Source: Oopsacas minuta (taxonomy: Eukaryota; Animalia; Porifera). Taken from it: DNA of 64,000 nucleotides. A program made the position numbers and the translations under genes. How positions within the stretch are numbered: the first letter of the stretch is position 1; each line of letters opens with the position of its first letter. The notes under the pieces were generated by a model. It was not told the DNA's origin. It saw nothing but the letters and a program-made list of their open reading frames with translations, and ran no database searches. The stretch spans positions 372,001 through 436,000 of the forward strand of contig JAKMXF010000177.1 of assembly GCA_024704765.1 (NCBI GenBank), written 5' to 3'. This document shows, piece after piece, positions 41,645 to 53,424 of the stretch.

Positions 41645-43065
41645 ACTGTAATAGTCCAATAGAATACGACATGACATGGAACCTTGACATTTTAGATAAC
41701 AAGCAAGTTTTCAAAAGCTTCATAGGCATGTAAAAAATTTCCCCTAGCAATGCAGGAATGTCTCAAAATTTGTCCTAACCCATCGAGTGACTCCTCGTTC
41801 GAAACGCTAGGCGGGCTGAGTATAGTTATACATATTATGTCGACCCTCTAGTTGTTCTATAAACAGTATTTTACGGAATCGGCCCTAGTGGCCATATATT
41901 TCTTGTCAGATTCTCACATATTTCTTACAGATACATAATGTCATCCTCCGTATTCAACAGAATATTTTGCTAAAATTGTAATATATAGCTAATATGTAAA
42001 TCAGGTGTTAAATGTAACGAATCTGCATATTTTGATCGGATTTTTTGTAGAACTTTGGCAAAATTTTCGCATGTTGAACTTTGATCAAATGATGAAAAAG
42101 GCAAATTTTGATCAAAGTTCCACTAAAATGTCTTCATTCGAACTTTGATAGAAATGGAGAACTTAAAACAAAAAAATCCAACGATCCGCCAGGTTGCAAA
42201 TTTCTCTAATAATCAATCCAACAAAACTCCGTCCAATCATAAAATTAGCATAAATTCCACACTCCCGTCCCTTAGTAACAGAATAACGAACACAAATAAA
42301 AACTCTCAGAGCCATAAGGTAGCGAACTAAAAACAGTTGCGTCCGGTGCATTGTGGCATTACAGGGGGGGGTCAGGGGGCCCCCCTGAAAAGAACAAAAA
42401 TACATAACCCTAAGCTGCACTACCAGTCTCACGGCTGGGCATTTTTATCGATGGCTCAAGGAAATCAGGATGGGAAAATGTGAATATTGTGGTGTCGTGG
42501 AGCACGAGAATTTTTCGATCAAAGTTCGACTGAAGACATTTTAGTGGAACTTTGATCAAAATTTGCCTTTTTCATCATTCGATCAAAGTTCGACAGAAGA
42601 AAATTTGATCAAAATATAAAGATGCAAATGCAACATGTATAACAAGACTCAGCTCGCCTAGCAGCGTCGAACGAGGGGTCACTGGATGGGGTTAGGACGA
42701 ACTTTAAGATTGCAATGTTGTCATATTCCTGAGGCCTTCCTGTCTTGCTAGGAAAAATTTGTTAACTATGGTCAAGTGACCCATCAAATTACTGCAAATT
42801 TGATGCTGAGTACGAATTGGTATGTTTAAAATTTGATTCGATGCGATTTGAAGAGTTTACAGCTTGGGTGATGTGCCTGCAATTAGTTGACCGCAGTTAC
42901 TACACATGCCAGAAATTCAAGGTTCCCCATTGTTGAATTGTGTTAAATTTATACATGCATTAGACATGTATATGGAGCTTTTGAAACCAAAACTTGCTTG
43001 TCATCTAATGTGTCAAGGTTAATCCTTTTGTATGTCGTATTCTAGTGGACTATAACACAGACATC
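41645..43065. repeat. Concentric set of three inverted-repeat pairs (nested fold-back/MITE elements)
   Basis: Pairs at ~41645-41735/42955-43065, ~41770-41823/42646-42700 and ~42020-42150/42510-42615. The centre (42337-42430) is homologous to 16055-16135. Confidence 0.8.
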
Positions 43066-43311
43066 GTAACTATAAACATTTCACTGGATATAACCATGGA
43101 TTACTTCAAGTCTATTCAATTTGGTAGGCAATCTTAATATTATTGATAATATAATATTGGTACATTTTTGCTCGAATAAATGCATTATTGATAGACAATA
43201 ATCAACACAAGCCATGACATCCAACTATTCCCAGTTTGAAATGACGTCATCTGTTTGGTTAAAATGGAAATATGTTGTTAAAATCCCCCATTTTTAAAGC
43301 TCTGATAAACA

Positions 43312-43711
43312 AAGTTGTCACGTTATCGAGTTATACTAGATACCAAAGATGGCATATTTTGGCCAATATCCTCTTATAACTCGATTGTCACGAGTGTTTT
43401 AGTTAAATTAGTCCAGTCAATATGTACTACATACCCAACTTCCCATACCCTAGTAACACATTTTGCTACGATATCTCTAAGCACTATTGTGTAATCTTGA
43501 CAATGACCAAATATGGACATAATCCCGATTGCGTCACATCGGTTAGAGAAATCGTATCAAACGTGTTAAAAGGGTATGGGAAGTTAGGTATGTGGTACAT
43601 ATTGGCTGGACTGATTTGACTAAAACTCTCGTGGCAATTGAGTTATAAGTGAATATTGGCCAAATATGTGCCATCCATGGTATCTAATATAACTCAACAA
43701 CGTGACAACTT
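43312..43711. repeat. Fold-back element, ~400 bp with ~165-bp arms
   Basis: AAGTTGTCACGTTATCGAGTTATACTAGATACC... pairs with ...GGTATCTAATATAACTCAACAACGTGACAACTT along most of its length. Confidence 0.85.
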
Positions 43712-44314
43712 CCGGACCTCCTGGATACCGGCATTTCCTTCAACCGAGCACTATTTTTCCTAAAGGATTGAAATTAATTGGACCATTTTCAGTAAATTTC
43801 CCATTTTATAGGCTGTCTTTACTTGTATTTCATATCTAATACGTTTCCTTGTGGCTAAACCCATTAAAGCATCTATATTCCTCAAATATAATGCATATAC
43901 ATATTTGTCCGATATAGTACTATAATCGGATCTCCCATAGTGCCAATGTTATTTCTGAGATCCTAACCAATTCTGATTTCCGGGCACCCTCATGTTCGAA
44001 TTGGATTTGGATTTATGGCCCCCTGTGGAAAATGGATTTGGATTATGATTTATCCATCAGGCCCCTCTGGTTAGTGGGCATAACCATCCTTATGTTTTAA
44101 AGGAATGATAATTAATCCCACAACGCCACAAGGGTGTTAGAAGCTAACTAAAAATATCAAACAATAGAAATTGTGTACAAGCTATTTCTGTCTGTAACTA
44201 GCCTAGCCTTTCCCTAACTTCTACAACCACCACTCTACACTAGTAATTCTGCACGTGAGCATTTATTCTTATACGTACATACAAATTGATAACCTAAATA
44301 TCATTGTTGTAGGC

Positions 44315-45202
44315 CTAAGAGTAGTTCTGTAGTAAGACGATACGAGACGGAGAGAATGAGAATTTACAACAAGGACACTCTCCTCTGCTGCTACAAGCAT
44401 TGTGGATACAAACCCAGCAGAAGATATGTCCGCATGGAGTGAGTGAGGGGGAATTTATCTCTTCGAGACAGAGGACACATCGAGTGCCCTTGTCTGTAGA
44501 GCTCGTGACGTCAGCAGTGGAGTGTAATTTTAGATTGCTAAGCTCAGTCATGAGAGAAGAAGATTCGTTTCTATACTGTGTCAGAAGACGGATCAATAAC
44601 TGTGAGATGAAGAGAAGAGATATCAATCTGAAAGTTGTAGATAGGGTAGGAGGGAGTTTCTGAGATTTAGCATGTATCCACAAGTATCGCATCTTTAGAA
44701 TTCTCTTGCTAATCTGATAGTAGGTGCTTTCTGTGTAGAAAAGAGCCAGCATGATATTCTCAGCAGAAGAAAACAAGACTTTGCATAGGCAACAAATTGC
44801 CGGGGAAATATCCAATTGAGTGACAGCTTGTACTGGTGTAGTTCTAGAAAATAATGAGCGCGTTTGATCGAGTAAATAGGGCCCAAAAGACTCAATTATT
44901 AAGAATGATAGGTTCCTTAGAAAGGAGGGAGGAGCTCCTGAAGGAGGGGCAGACAATAAGATGCTACAATACTCTTCTCCCAACGTCTGGTTAGAAGAAA
45001 GAGTTGTGAGAGAGAGATACAAGATCCTACATGCTAATTGGAGTTCACGTTGACTTCGTAATAAGAAAGATACTCCACTGACAGCTTTAACTAGTTCAGA
45101 GAGCTGAGTGTAAAGCTGCTGTTGGTAGAACTGATCTTTCTGTGCAGCTCTGCAGATCTGAGCTGGAGCAGCGGTAGAGAGAGTAAGTGCGTGAGAAGAC
45201 AT
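44315..45202 (-). CDS. PEX10: Peroxisome biogenesis factor 10 (RING E3 ligase), intronless
   Basis: N-terminal AAPAQICRAAQKDQFY, TLGEEYC motif, and C-terminal C3HC4 RING CVLCLEE..TPCGHIFCWVCI..ECPCCK. Confidence 0.93.
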   Translation of the reverse strand: MSSHALTLSTAAPAQICRAAQKDQFYQQQLYTQLSELVKAVSGVSFLLRSQRELQLACRILYLSLTTLSSNQTLGEEYCSILLSAPPSGAPPSFLRNLSFLIIESFGPYLLDQTRSLFSRTTPVQAVTQLDISPAICCLCKVLFSSAENIMLALFYTESTYYQISKRILKMRYLWIHAKSQKLPPTLSTTFRLISLLFISQLLIRLLTQYRNESSSLMTELSNLKLHSTADVTSSTDKGTRCVLCLEEINSPSLTPCGHIFCWVCIHNACSSRGECPCCKFSFSPSRIVLLQNYS

Positions 45203-45432
45203 TATAAAGGAATGGGGTGAGCGCCCTCCTTACACCTTCTGATCTCTTTGACAGCGAGAGCTAGCGCTTCTGGGTTAACCCCAGCTAGCAGCAGCTGGAA
45301 ACACAAATTCAGAGAAGTTTCGTCTAACCCTGCGTTCAAAAGTTCTGATATTTCTCTGAAAATTAATAGAGCCTCGTGAGAATCTGAGTCTATAGTTTTG
45401 TTCGGACTGTTGTTATTCAGACCAGATGACAT
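45202..45432 (-). CDS. MZT1: Mitotic-spindle organizing protein 1 (MOZART1)
   Basis: EISELLNAGLDETSLNLCFQLLLAGVNPEALALAVKEIRR matches the MZT1 signature; 76 aa. Confidence 0.92.
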   Translation of the reverse strand: MSSGLNNNSPNKTIDSDSHEALLIFREISELLNAGLDETSLNLCFQLLLAGVNPEALALAVKEIRRCKEGAHPIPL

Positions 45433-45595
45433 TGATAATTGCTATGTTAGCAAATAACTAGTCGCCAGAGAGACTTAATCAATTAAAATTATAGCATTAT
45501 TGTTGAGAATGTGTGCTACTCTTATATTATGCAAAGAATTATATGAAAATAAAGGGATACGTATTTGAAACTAACTAAAAGGATAATTATTAAGT

Positions 45596-46372
45596 TCATT
45601 GTGTTTCCTCTATTTTCGTTTCTTCAGTTTCCGGTATGAGTCCTCTAAGAGTGAGATCATACACCACTTCCTCTATTCTACGGATGTCATACTTTAGTGA
45701 GTCGTACTTCTTCCTGAGATGATCGTTCTTAAAGTGAAGCAATTTGAAACCAGCATTCAGCTCGGATACAAACTTGAATATATCATAAGGCCGCTGATAG
45801 TCTCCCTGAATTACACTATTGACAGTTAGTCTGGAAAGCTCTGAAGCAAGGATTAAAACGCCAACCAAATAATCTTCTAATGTCAAGTTGAATTTATCAG
45901 ACTCTATCAGTAGGTTGTTAGAAACCTGTACCTGAGTGATTAGTGTTCCGTTACGTAGGAAGTGTATGAGAGAGATACATGTGACTAGCCGCTGCATGCA
46001 GAATGACCACATAAAGTTAAACTTGTAGTAACGTCCGATAGGCACTGCGCAAATTAGAGCTCCTAGCTTCTCACGAGATGTTAGCAACATAACATCTCCC
46101 TTCTCACAAATAGAGTGTATGGACTGTTTACCAGGGTTGTGGATAGCCTGCAAGCTAGTGTACAGCTCTCTCACTGATTCCTCCAGAGGCTCTAGCAAAC
46201 GCTGCAAAGACTCTTTCACTTCTTGATCAACTGTTAGTTGAGAACGCAGTGTAGTGAATATATCATGCACTTCTGAAGATTCCAGTTCTTTCTCGAGGGC
46301 AAACAGCTCTTCCTTCTTCTTCTCCGTTTTAACTTCTTCACTACCCGCGGAGATGTCCATTAGTCCAGCCAT
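45596..46372 (-). CDS. TSN: Translin
   Basis: EDYLVGVLILASELSRL.VNSV..GDY.RP and KNDHLRKKYDSLKYDIRRIEEVVYDLTLRG are near-identical to translin signature motifs. Confidence 0.95.
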   Translation of the reverse strand: MAGLMDISAGSEEVKTEKKKEELFALEKELESSEVHDIFTTLRSQLTVDQEVKESLQRLLEPLEESVRELYTSLQAIHNPGKQSIHSICEKGDVMLLTSREKLGALICAVPIGRYYKFNFMWSFCMQRLVTCISLIHFLRNGTLITQVQVSNNLLIESDKFNLTLEDYLVGVLILASELSRLTVNSVIQGDYQRPYDIFKFVSELNAGFKLLHFKNDHLRKKYDSLKYDIRRIEEVVYDLTLRGLIPETEETKIEETQ

Positions 46373-47274
46373 TCTATTTCTATATGATTGAATTATATTA
46401 CATAGTTATTAGTTAAGAAGGCTTGCCGTGAATATTCTATTACGGTATCGCAGATTTTCTTAACTATTCGACTTAATTAATCTACGATTTCCAGCTCTTT
46501 GGATGGACCAAACTAAGGCCAAAATTCCGTAAACCACATGTATCTAGTATACATTGTTAACTAGAGGTCAATAGGGGGCAAAAGTCCTCCCATAGACATA
46601 ACAATCAAGTCTCATACATATCCAATAATTAGTTGGAAGAACTAGTAATGCTTAATATATTTAGTAAGCAGAGGCGTAGCTAGCATCATCCCTTTGGGGT
46701 TGACACTGGCATTGCTGACAATTGCTGTGGCTGCTAGCAACCCCAATAATGTAGAAATTGCTAACAATCCCCAATAATCCAGAGGTTGCAATTGGCGCAT
46801 GGAGTTTCTGACAGTGTTCCCTAGCAACCCTCTAGCTATGCTTATGACAATAAATTAGTTGGTTACATGAACGAATATCTTATTATAATATCGAATAATC
46901 TAAATGTATGTTGGTAAATTGGTATGTACTATTTCAAAATTGCTGACCATATGGTTGAGCTTATGTATTGAAAAAGTTGAAGATACTAATGGTAGTGGAG
47001 TCCGTAGTGATTCCCACCTGGGAAATCCCATAGGAATTCGAATTTTGACTGCAAATTTGTTATATGTAAATGGAATCTTGAGCTGTAATTGGCGTGAAAA
47101 TTATGTTTTCATGCTTTATTGTTATACCATGTATGTATGTGTTGCTTTGTTCCATGCACAAAGTTGCATCGTGTATGATGAGCTATGTATAACTAAATAG
47201 CGCTAAAACACGCCAAAGTGAGTTCCTAAGCCTTAGCACTAAAGTGGTTAAATAATTCGGGATAGGAAATTCGG

Positions 47275-47614
47275 CATAGGGGAATTCTTTGTCAAAACAT
47301 CCAATGATTTTACCAACCATCTTCGATTGGTTTGAAAATTTGTACACTGCAAGTCCGTTACCAGTCTATTGTATCCTGAAAGTTACATTGCATTCCATAT
47401 GATAGTATTCAAGAAAATCAATTGTGAAATTCGGATACCTTAAAAATGCGGACATTTTCGAAATTAGACCCCTCTAAAAAATTTTAATATCTTTGGTATA
47501 AAAGTGTCAATTGACTTGAAAGTTGCTAATTAGGTGAATTAGATATCACAGAGCTGATAGATTCATTGTTGGACTGATTGGGCATAATTTTCTAAGAAAT
47601 ATTTTAGGTTAAAC
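47275..47614. repeat. Dispersed repeat copy, truncated by the P-like element end
   Basis: Homologous to 11935-12290; similarity stops exactly at the CATAGCC terminus at 47615. Confidence 0.8.
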
Positions 47615-47799
47615 CATAGCCTACTAAACATAAGGCCATTTCACTACTTTGGACCAGGGATAAGATCCAGTCGACTTTTCTAGACTACAACACATTTATA
47701 TCATTATAAATTACTTTATTCTTCTTCTTATTTAACTATTATTATCATAAATATAGCAGTATGGGTATTTAATTGCTTCCCAGTACAATCACAAGTATA

Positions 47800-50700
47800 A
47801 AATATGAAACTATTAAATATAACGATGAATACTATTAAATTATTTAGAAGATAATTTGAGATATTTCCTTTGATTATCTTTGGAATAGGTGGTGGGAATA
47901 TTTAGATTCTTGGCCTTATTGTTAAGTAACAATTGGCTACTGTTGTCAAAAGTGAATGGAATAAGCCTTTTCCTTCTGTACAACAATCGAAACACTTATA
48001 ATCCAAGTCTTCAAACTCCTCATTATCAAGTTTAAGAAGAGTTAGCTGGATTAAAATTGATCCTGAATCCGATCGTAGAAATCATTGAGAACTGGCGAAC
48101 GTTCAATATTTGTAAACACTTTCCAGATTGTAAAAACAGAATTAAGAACTTGTTTAGATGGACATTTAAGTCCTCCACGATCTAAGAGTTGAATCAGCGA
48201 AAAATTAAAATCTGTGTATCTTCTATTTCTATAGACTTATCCTCAGTTAGTAGAGAGTAACATTCTGGGCACAATTCTGAAGTTTTAGTTAATTTCCTTA
48301 TCAAAGAAAAAGCTGCATACCCCCCGATGAAAGCTAGGGCTTGTCTTGTATCAGAATTCGGGGGCAAATCTTCAAAAGAGAGAACACATGTAAAGTGATT
48401 AACATCTATCTTATCACCGCAACTAGTTGTACAACCAAGATCAATAGCGTTTTCCTGGATTTGAAATGTACTGATAAATTCCATAAAGGAGCCTCTATCT
48501 TTACAGTCATAATCTTTCCTATGATATAACTTGAGAATATTGGACAGTTTTAGTACTCTTTCATTTTCTAGTACTTGACATACAGAAACATTATAGTTTG
48601 ATCCTGACATCTGTCGATATAATTCAAAATGGTGTTCAATTGGATCATTTAGTATAAAAAATGACAATACATAAGAGAATCCACATTCTCCAGTCATATA
48701 TTCTACAAGTTTTGGTAGAGCAATGGTTGAATGGCGAAAGCTAGCAAAGGTCTGAGCTGTTAGTTTTCCTCGTGTAAATGGTAATCTTCTCCAGTACTCT
48801 AGCCAACGAACTATTATAGATGTATAATTAAACCTGGGATCATCCTGCACAAGTGGTAGAGAATCTCGATCATTGAGACGAACGCCCTTCCAAGGAGTAT
48901 TGACATTGAAAAGCTTCCAGACTTGACAAATCAAAGCTATAAGGCCGCCAGCCTGATTGCTTTGAATAAAATCTTTCGATTGATGTAAGGTCAAGGCAGC
49001 TACCTTAGTGTAATCTAATATCCGAAGTGCAAGCTTAACGTTCTGTTTATCTAGGACAGATGGCCAGCATGATTTGAAATTTAACTTTGGCGCTAGTTTT
49101 GCAACAGAAAATTGGTATAATTTGAATAGTAGCCTCAAATCCTAAATTAGAAGAAATGGAATAAAAGGTGTAGATGAATTATCTTAATAATTAAAAATAC
49201 CTGAAAAGATGCTTTTGACAATCGTACTGGGTGAGTAGAATTGGAAATATCTTCAAAGTTTGGGTAAAAGAATGTACAGTTATCATCTTATTGATTGACT
49301 CAAATATTCCTAATAGACTTGATAAAGTGTACAAAATCAAAACTAGATAAAGAGAGCTTCCACTACCATTGGGATGAGGGACACAGCGTAGAAGATCTGC
49401 ATTATTCCCAAGTAACTTGAAAAGATTCACATTCAAAGGATAGTTATCTGAGACAATCGCATCTACAATTAATCCACACTTTTCGATATCACAAATTATT
49501 CACTGAGTAATTGGAAGTAAATCTGTTGCTTTAGGATTGGTTAGTGGGAACAAACGTACAACACGAGACCATTTCTTGTACAAGCTGGTTACCATACAGC
49601 ATAAAGTAGTCTTGGCTACTTCTATCTCATCTGATTTTGAACATTCTGCAGTACCAATAAACTTTCCTCCTTAAAACACAAAATATATAGAATGACATCA
49701 TGAATTGAAATAATACAGCAGCGAACCTTTATAACTAATGCAAGATTTCCATGAATCTCATCGATATTAAGGCAAACATGACGTCATACTGATTAAATTC
49801 GGTTATTTCTGCTCTGAGATAAGTCAAGAAATCCGTATCAAGCCCAAATGTAGAATATAACCGAAATAATGATGATTCGTGAGGCAGAGAAACACAATCC
49901 ATATTACGAAGTTGTCTGTAACAAGCGGAAGATGATAAATGACACTCTACAGATAATATCATTGTAACCATATTATACAGGTGACGTGTTTTCTTTACAG
50001 TAGAGTTTTCTAGCTGGCCCAAAATAAAATAGAGCTGGGATAATAGGTTGGGGAACTTGTAGGTACCTAGAACCATAAGATAACTTGTAATTGTACTCAC
50101 ATGAATTTAGATTTTATATATTATGCATCCTACCTGACTGATCGAATACTTGTTCAGCAGAGAAATAGCTTGTTTCATGGAAGAAATGCAATGTGAAAGC
50201 TCTAAATCGATTGTAAAAAGTTGGGTAATGTTCGAAACAATATTCATAAACTGTACAGTGTATAGGGAATGTCTTACCAATATCAACTGCATTATACTCA
50301 GTGTAATTAGACAATTCATCAATCAATGTAGAGATCTGACGCATATCACAAATAGATTTGATTGATAGATTCACTAATATCCCATGATGGTAACATCTCA
50401 CTTGAAGAAATGTATCAATAGTAAACTATCTTGTACAGAAATAACTCCACTATTTGTTGTTAGATGGACGATACGAGTACTAATTACGTGCCCATATTCC
50501 AAATAATCCATTCTTGAGGGATCTTTATGTTATGTGATTTAGTCTTTATGTGTCATCTAAATTAGAGACAGTGAATTTTCTCTGCTCTTCTTCAATACAT
50601 CAACTCTCTGTTTAATTGCCTATATAGTACAATACCATAAAACATGTAAGAATACAACTTAAATATTTGACACAACTTGACATACTTGGATCTGTAAATC

Positions 50701-51155
50701 ACATTCCTTTTTGTCTCTATCAAGCCTTCGGTATTTAATGGTGAGATCATTAAGACGATCAGGGCAACCAAGAAGATATTTAGGTATTGCACCTTTCTTC
50801 AGAGTAGCCTTTATTGATCGTGTCTTCGCTTGATTGTCAATGTCAAGATAAGTTTGCGTGTCAACTATATCATCAGAATCAAAGTGCTTAGCACAAACAA
50901 AAATGTTTTTCATCGTTTGAAGATCTATCATATAATTACACATTACGTAATGATAAATTAAGCCTCAACCGTAGAATTATAATTTTCATTTATACCCAAG
51001 TTCTAAAGAAATACTTACCATCTCTCTCTATGCAGAAATCGTTTCCACTTATGGACGATATCTTGCGGCCCAGAAGGAATGTGAAACACTGCAACACCAC
51101 TATGATCATTGTAGTATCCAGTAGTACATCTGGGAGCAGAACACGAGCTAGGTAT
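47800..51155 (-). pseudogene. Spliced THAP-domain P-type (THAP9-like) transposase with stops and frameshifts
   Basis: THAP PSSCSAPRC...FHIP...W | VCAKHF...LKKGAIP split by a GTAAGT intron at 51018; VCLNIDEIH, VSDNYPLN, NDPIEHHF.LYRQMSG and LAFIGGY..CPEC. The start codon reads ATA. Confidence 0.88.
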
Positions 51156-51319
51156 GTGCCAAAGAAATAAATAAACAATGAGCTAATATTATAAAAGCAA
51201 AATATGTTAAAATGATTAGAAATTGAATTTTGAATTACATAAATTAACAATACAAATCTCAGGAAATTATTGATAAACCTGACAACAATATCAGTTTTAT
51301 TCAAAAAATATATATTTAC

Positions 51320-51479
51320 CAAGGTTGAAACCGCTCAAACCGAATATCAGTATTCATGAATAGTAGCCTAACCGAATACTGATATTATTCGGTTAGGGCC
51401 AATCGAATACTGAATATTGAACTATTTGCCAAATAATATTCAGTTGAACCGAATATTGAACTATTCGGTTGCCACCTTG
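51320..51479. mobile_element. 160-bp hAT-like MITE nested in the P-like element
   Basis: TIRs CAAGGTTGAAACCG and CAAGGTGGCAACCG; perfect 8-bp TSD ATATTTAC at 51312-51319 and 51480-51487; CCGAATA subrepeats. Confidence 0.85.
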
Positions 51480-52134
51480 ATATTTACATTATGCGTGTAT
51501 AAGAAAATCCCCTTCATCTTATCCCTGGTCCAAGCACATTTAGCTCAGTGAAATTGCCTCATGTTTAGTAGGCTATGTTATCATATAATTCTTAATTTGG
51601 AAAAATGCTAACACTGTAAAACGAATAATATTGATCTAGGATATCAAAGTTCAATTATGAATTAGTAGAAAATATAATTTTGTACAATAAATATATCAAA
51701 ATGTTGTCATGATAAAGTTAGCTAGTTCTTGCGTTACAGCTGAAACCATGGATTGCACTTCTATGTCAATATTCACTAATAACTCGACTTCAAATTGTCT
51801 CACTACAGTACCATCATGAATTACAAACTCGCTACAACCTTGATTAATAGAACAGTAACCTGCCTGACGTACGGGAGACTGTCTGTCCTAATACAGGCTA
51901 GGAAAGGGTGGATTTAGAGGGACAGATATTAGAATGGTTACAACATGGTATTTAGAAGAATTTATTAAATTACGTAATACGAAAGTTAAGTTGGATAATG
52001 GGAGGTATGTTACTATATTTACAAAATAGAATTTCTGAGACTGCTGCATGCACTCTACAGTGAGTGAGTGTATACGTATAATAAAATTTGTTGAAGTTAG
52101 CTAATTAATATTATAGTATATTCAGTAATGATTC

Positions 52135-52578
52135 TCAGGAGGTATTGTGTTTATCTTTATCTCTGCTAATTACTGGAATTGTATTGCTGCTACTAGTACT
52201 ACTGCTACTACTTGAGATACTAGAGGTATCATCACTAGATTCTGATTCTGTATCACTACTAGTTTGAGAACTGAGATCTGACAAGTCATCTGCTCTAGGG
52301 AACTGTAGAGTTTTCTTAACAATTACTCTGGGTTTCTTTGATGGAGGTTCTATGCCTATATCTGGGAGCTTAGATTTCTCAATGATATTCTCTTCAATTT
52401 TATTATCTAATAGTTTAGACCGAGTTACTCTTGATGAATATGTTCTCTTATTAGTGCACTGAAATGTAAAGTGACCAAACTGTAAGCATTTCTGGCATTT
52501 GTATCTGCTTGAATCTTGGACTAATTTCTTTCGAGCGAGATTAGATTGAGCTAACCTTGACGCTTGTTTAGATGCCAT
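52135..52578 (-). CDS. ZCCHC10: Zinc-knuckle protein ZCCHC10-like
   Basis: CQKCLQFGHFTFQCTNKRTY..R.TR zinc knuckle followed by a Ser/Asp-rich tail; ATG at 52578. Confidence 0.88.
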   Translation of the reverse strand: MASKQASRLAQSNLARKKLVQDSSRYKCQKCLQFGHFTFQCTNKRTYSSRVTRSKLLDNKIEENIIEKSKLPDIGIEPPSKKPRVIVKKTLQFPRADDLSDLSSQTSSDTESESSDDTSSISSSSSSTSSSNTIPVISRDKDKHNTS

Positions 52579-53424
52579 CTTAAATAGCAGGATAATATTA
52601 TTGTTGTGAGCTTGAAGATTAGTAAACTGCTTGTCTACTATAAACACTGTACTAGGACTATTATTTTACTGTTATTATTATTATTAAGGTTGTGTTTAGT
52701 CCTGAAGAAAAAGGTTTTAGACGAAGAGTGGAAAGTGTTTTACCGTCAAAACCTGACAATACTCTCACTAATATGCTAAAATATTTCTTAAGTAATATCC
52801 TAAAGCATAAATATGTAGAGATGATAACCAGCCTAATTACAGTAGATAATATAATGGATATAGTGATAATTTTGTTAGTTGATTCTTGTCCCTGACTACA
52901 GTATACGGTATACCCCATACAAAATTTATTGGATATAGTGATACTGAGGCCCAAATATCCATGCCCCAGCGTTATAACTATATCTATCATATACTGTAGT
53001 GATTAAAGTGTTTCAAAAATCTAATGTGTGATTAAATATGTATAAATATATAGCACAAGGAAACTGTTAGTGATACAAATTTATCTCTCAAGATTAAGTT
53101 AGACCTAACCTATCATTGTAAATAAGAATAATTGGAAAGACATTATTTGCCTGTTCTGAGTTGATTGAATTTGTAATGTTTGTTAACATTTAAAAAAAAT
53201 GAGAAAACACTTGAAAGTTTGTCAGTTAATTCTTATAATTCGAGAAATATAGGCCAATCAGGGCATTTGATTAGGGTAATTATCTCTGGCCTATCCAAGT
53301 ATAACTACAATGAAGCTATAGGACACATGGTTACAGAATTACAGCTGTTTTAAAATAATCGAAACAATTTTTCTTGTATTCCAAATTAAAACACTGGTAC
53401 TTAGTAACGTTCTTCAATCTAGTC

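Larger units (their letters stand above)
47615..51577 (-). mobile_element. P-element/THAP-family DNA transposon, degenerate
   Basis: 30-bp TIR CATAGCCTACTAAACAT(A/G)AGGC(C/A)ATTTCACT at both ends, plus an internal 18-bp inverted block TTGGACCAGGGATAAGAT. No matching 8-bp TSD. Confidence 0.88.

Noticed and set aside
45224-45233. Shine-Dalgarno-like TAAGGAGG upstream of the PEX10 ATG
   Set aside because: It lies about 22 nt from the ATG, the locus is eukaryotic (spliceosomal introns, eukaryote-specific genes), and it is explained by the MZT1 codons for CKEG.
45270-45295. Calicivirus-type TURBS motif upstream of TAATG
   Set aside because: The nearest sequence is TGGGG rather than the TGGGA core, so it is not claimed as support.
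46642-47200. Short ORFs upstream of translin
   Set aside because: No family similarity; low-complexity or hydrophobic translations typical of non-coding AT-rich DNA.
52661-52990. Overlapping ORFs divergent from ZCCHC10
   Set aside because: No recognisable domain; probably promoter or intergenic sequence.
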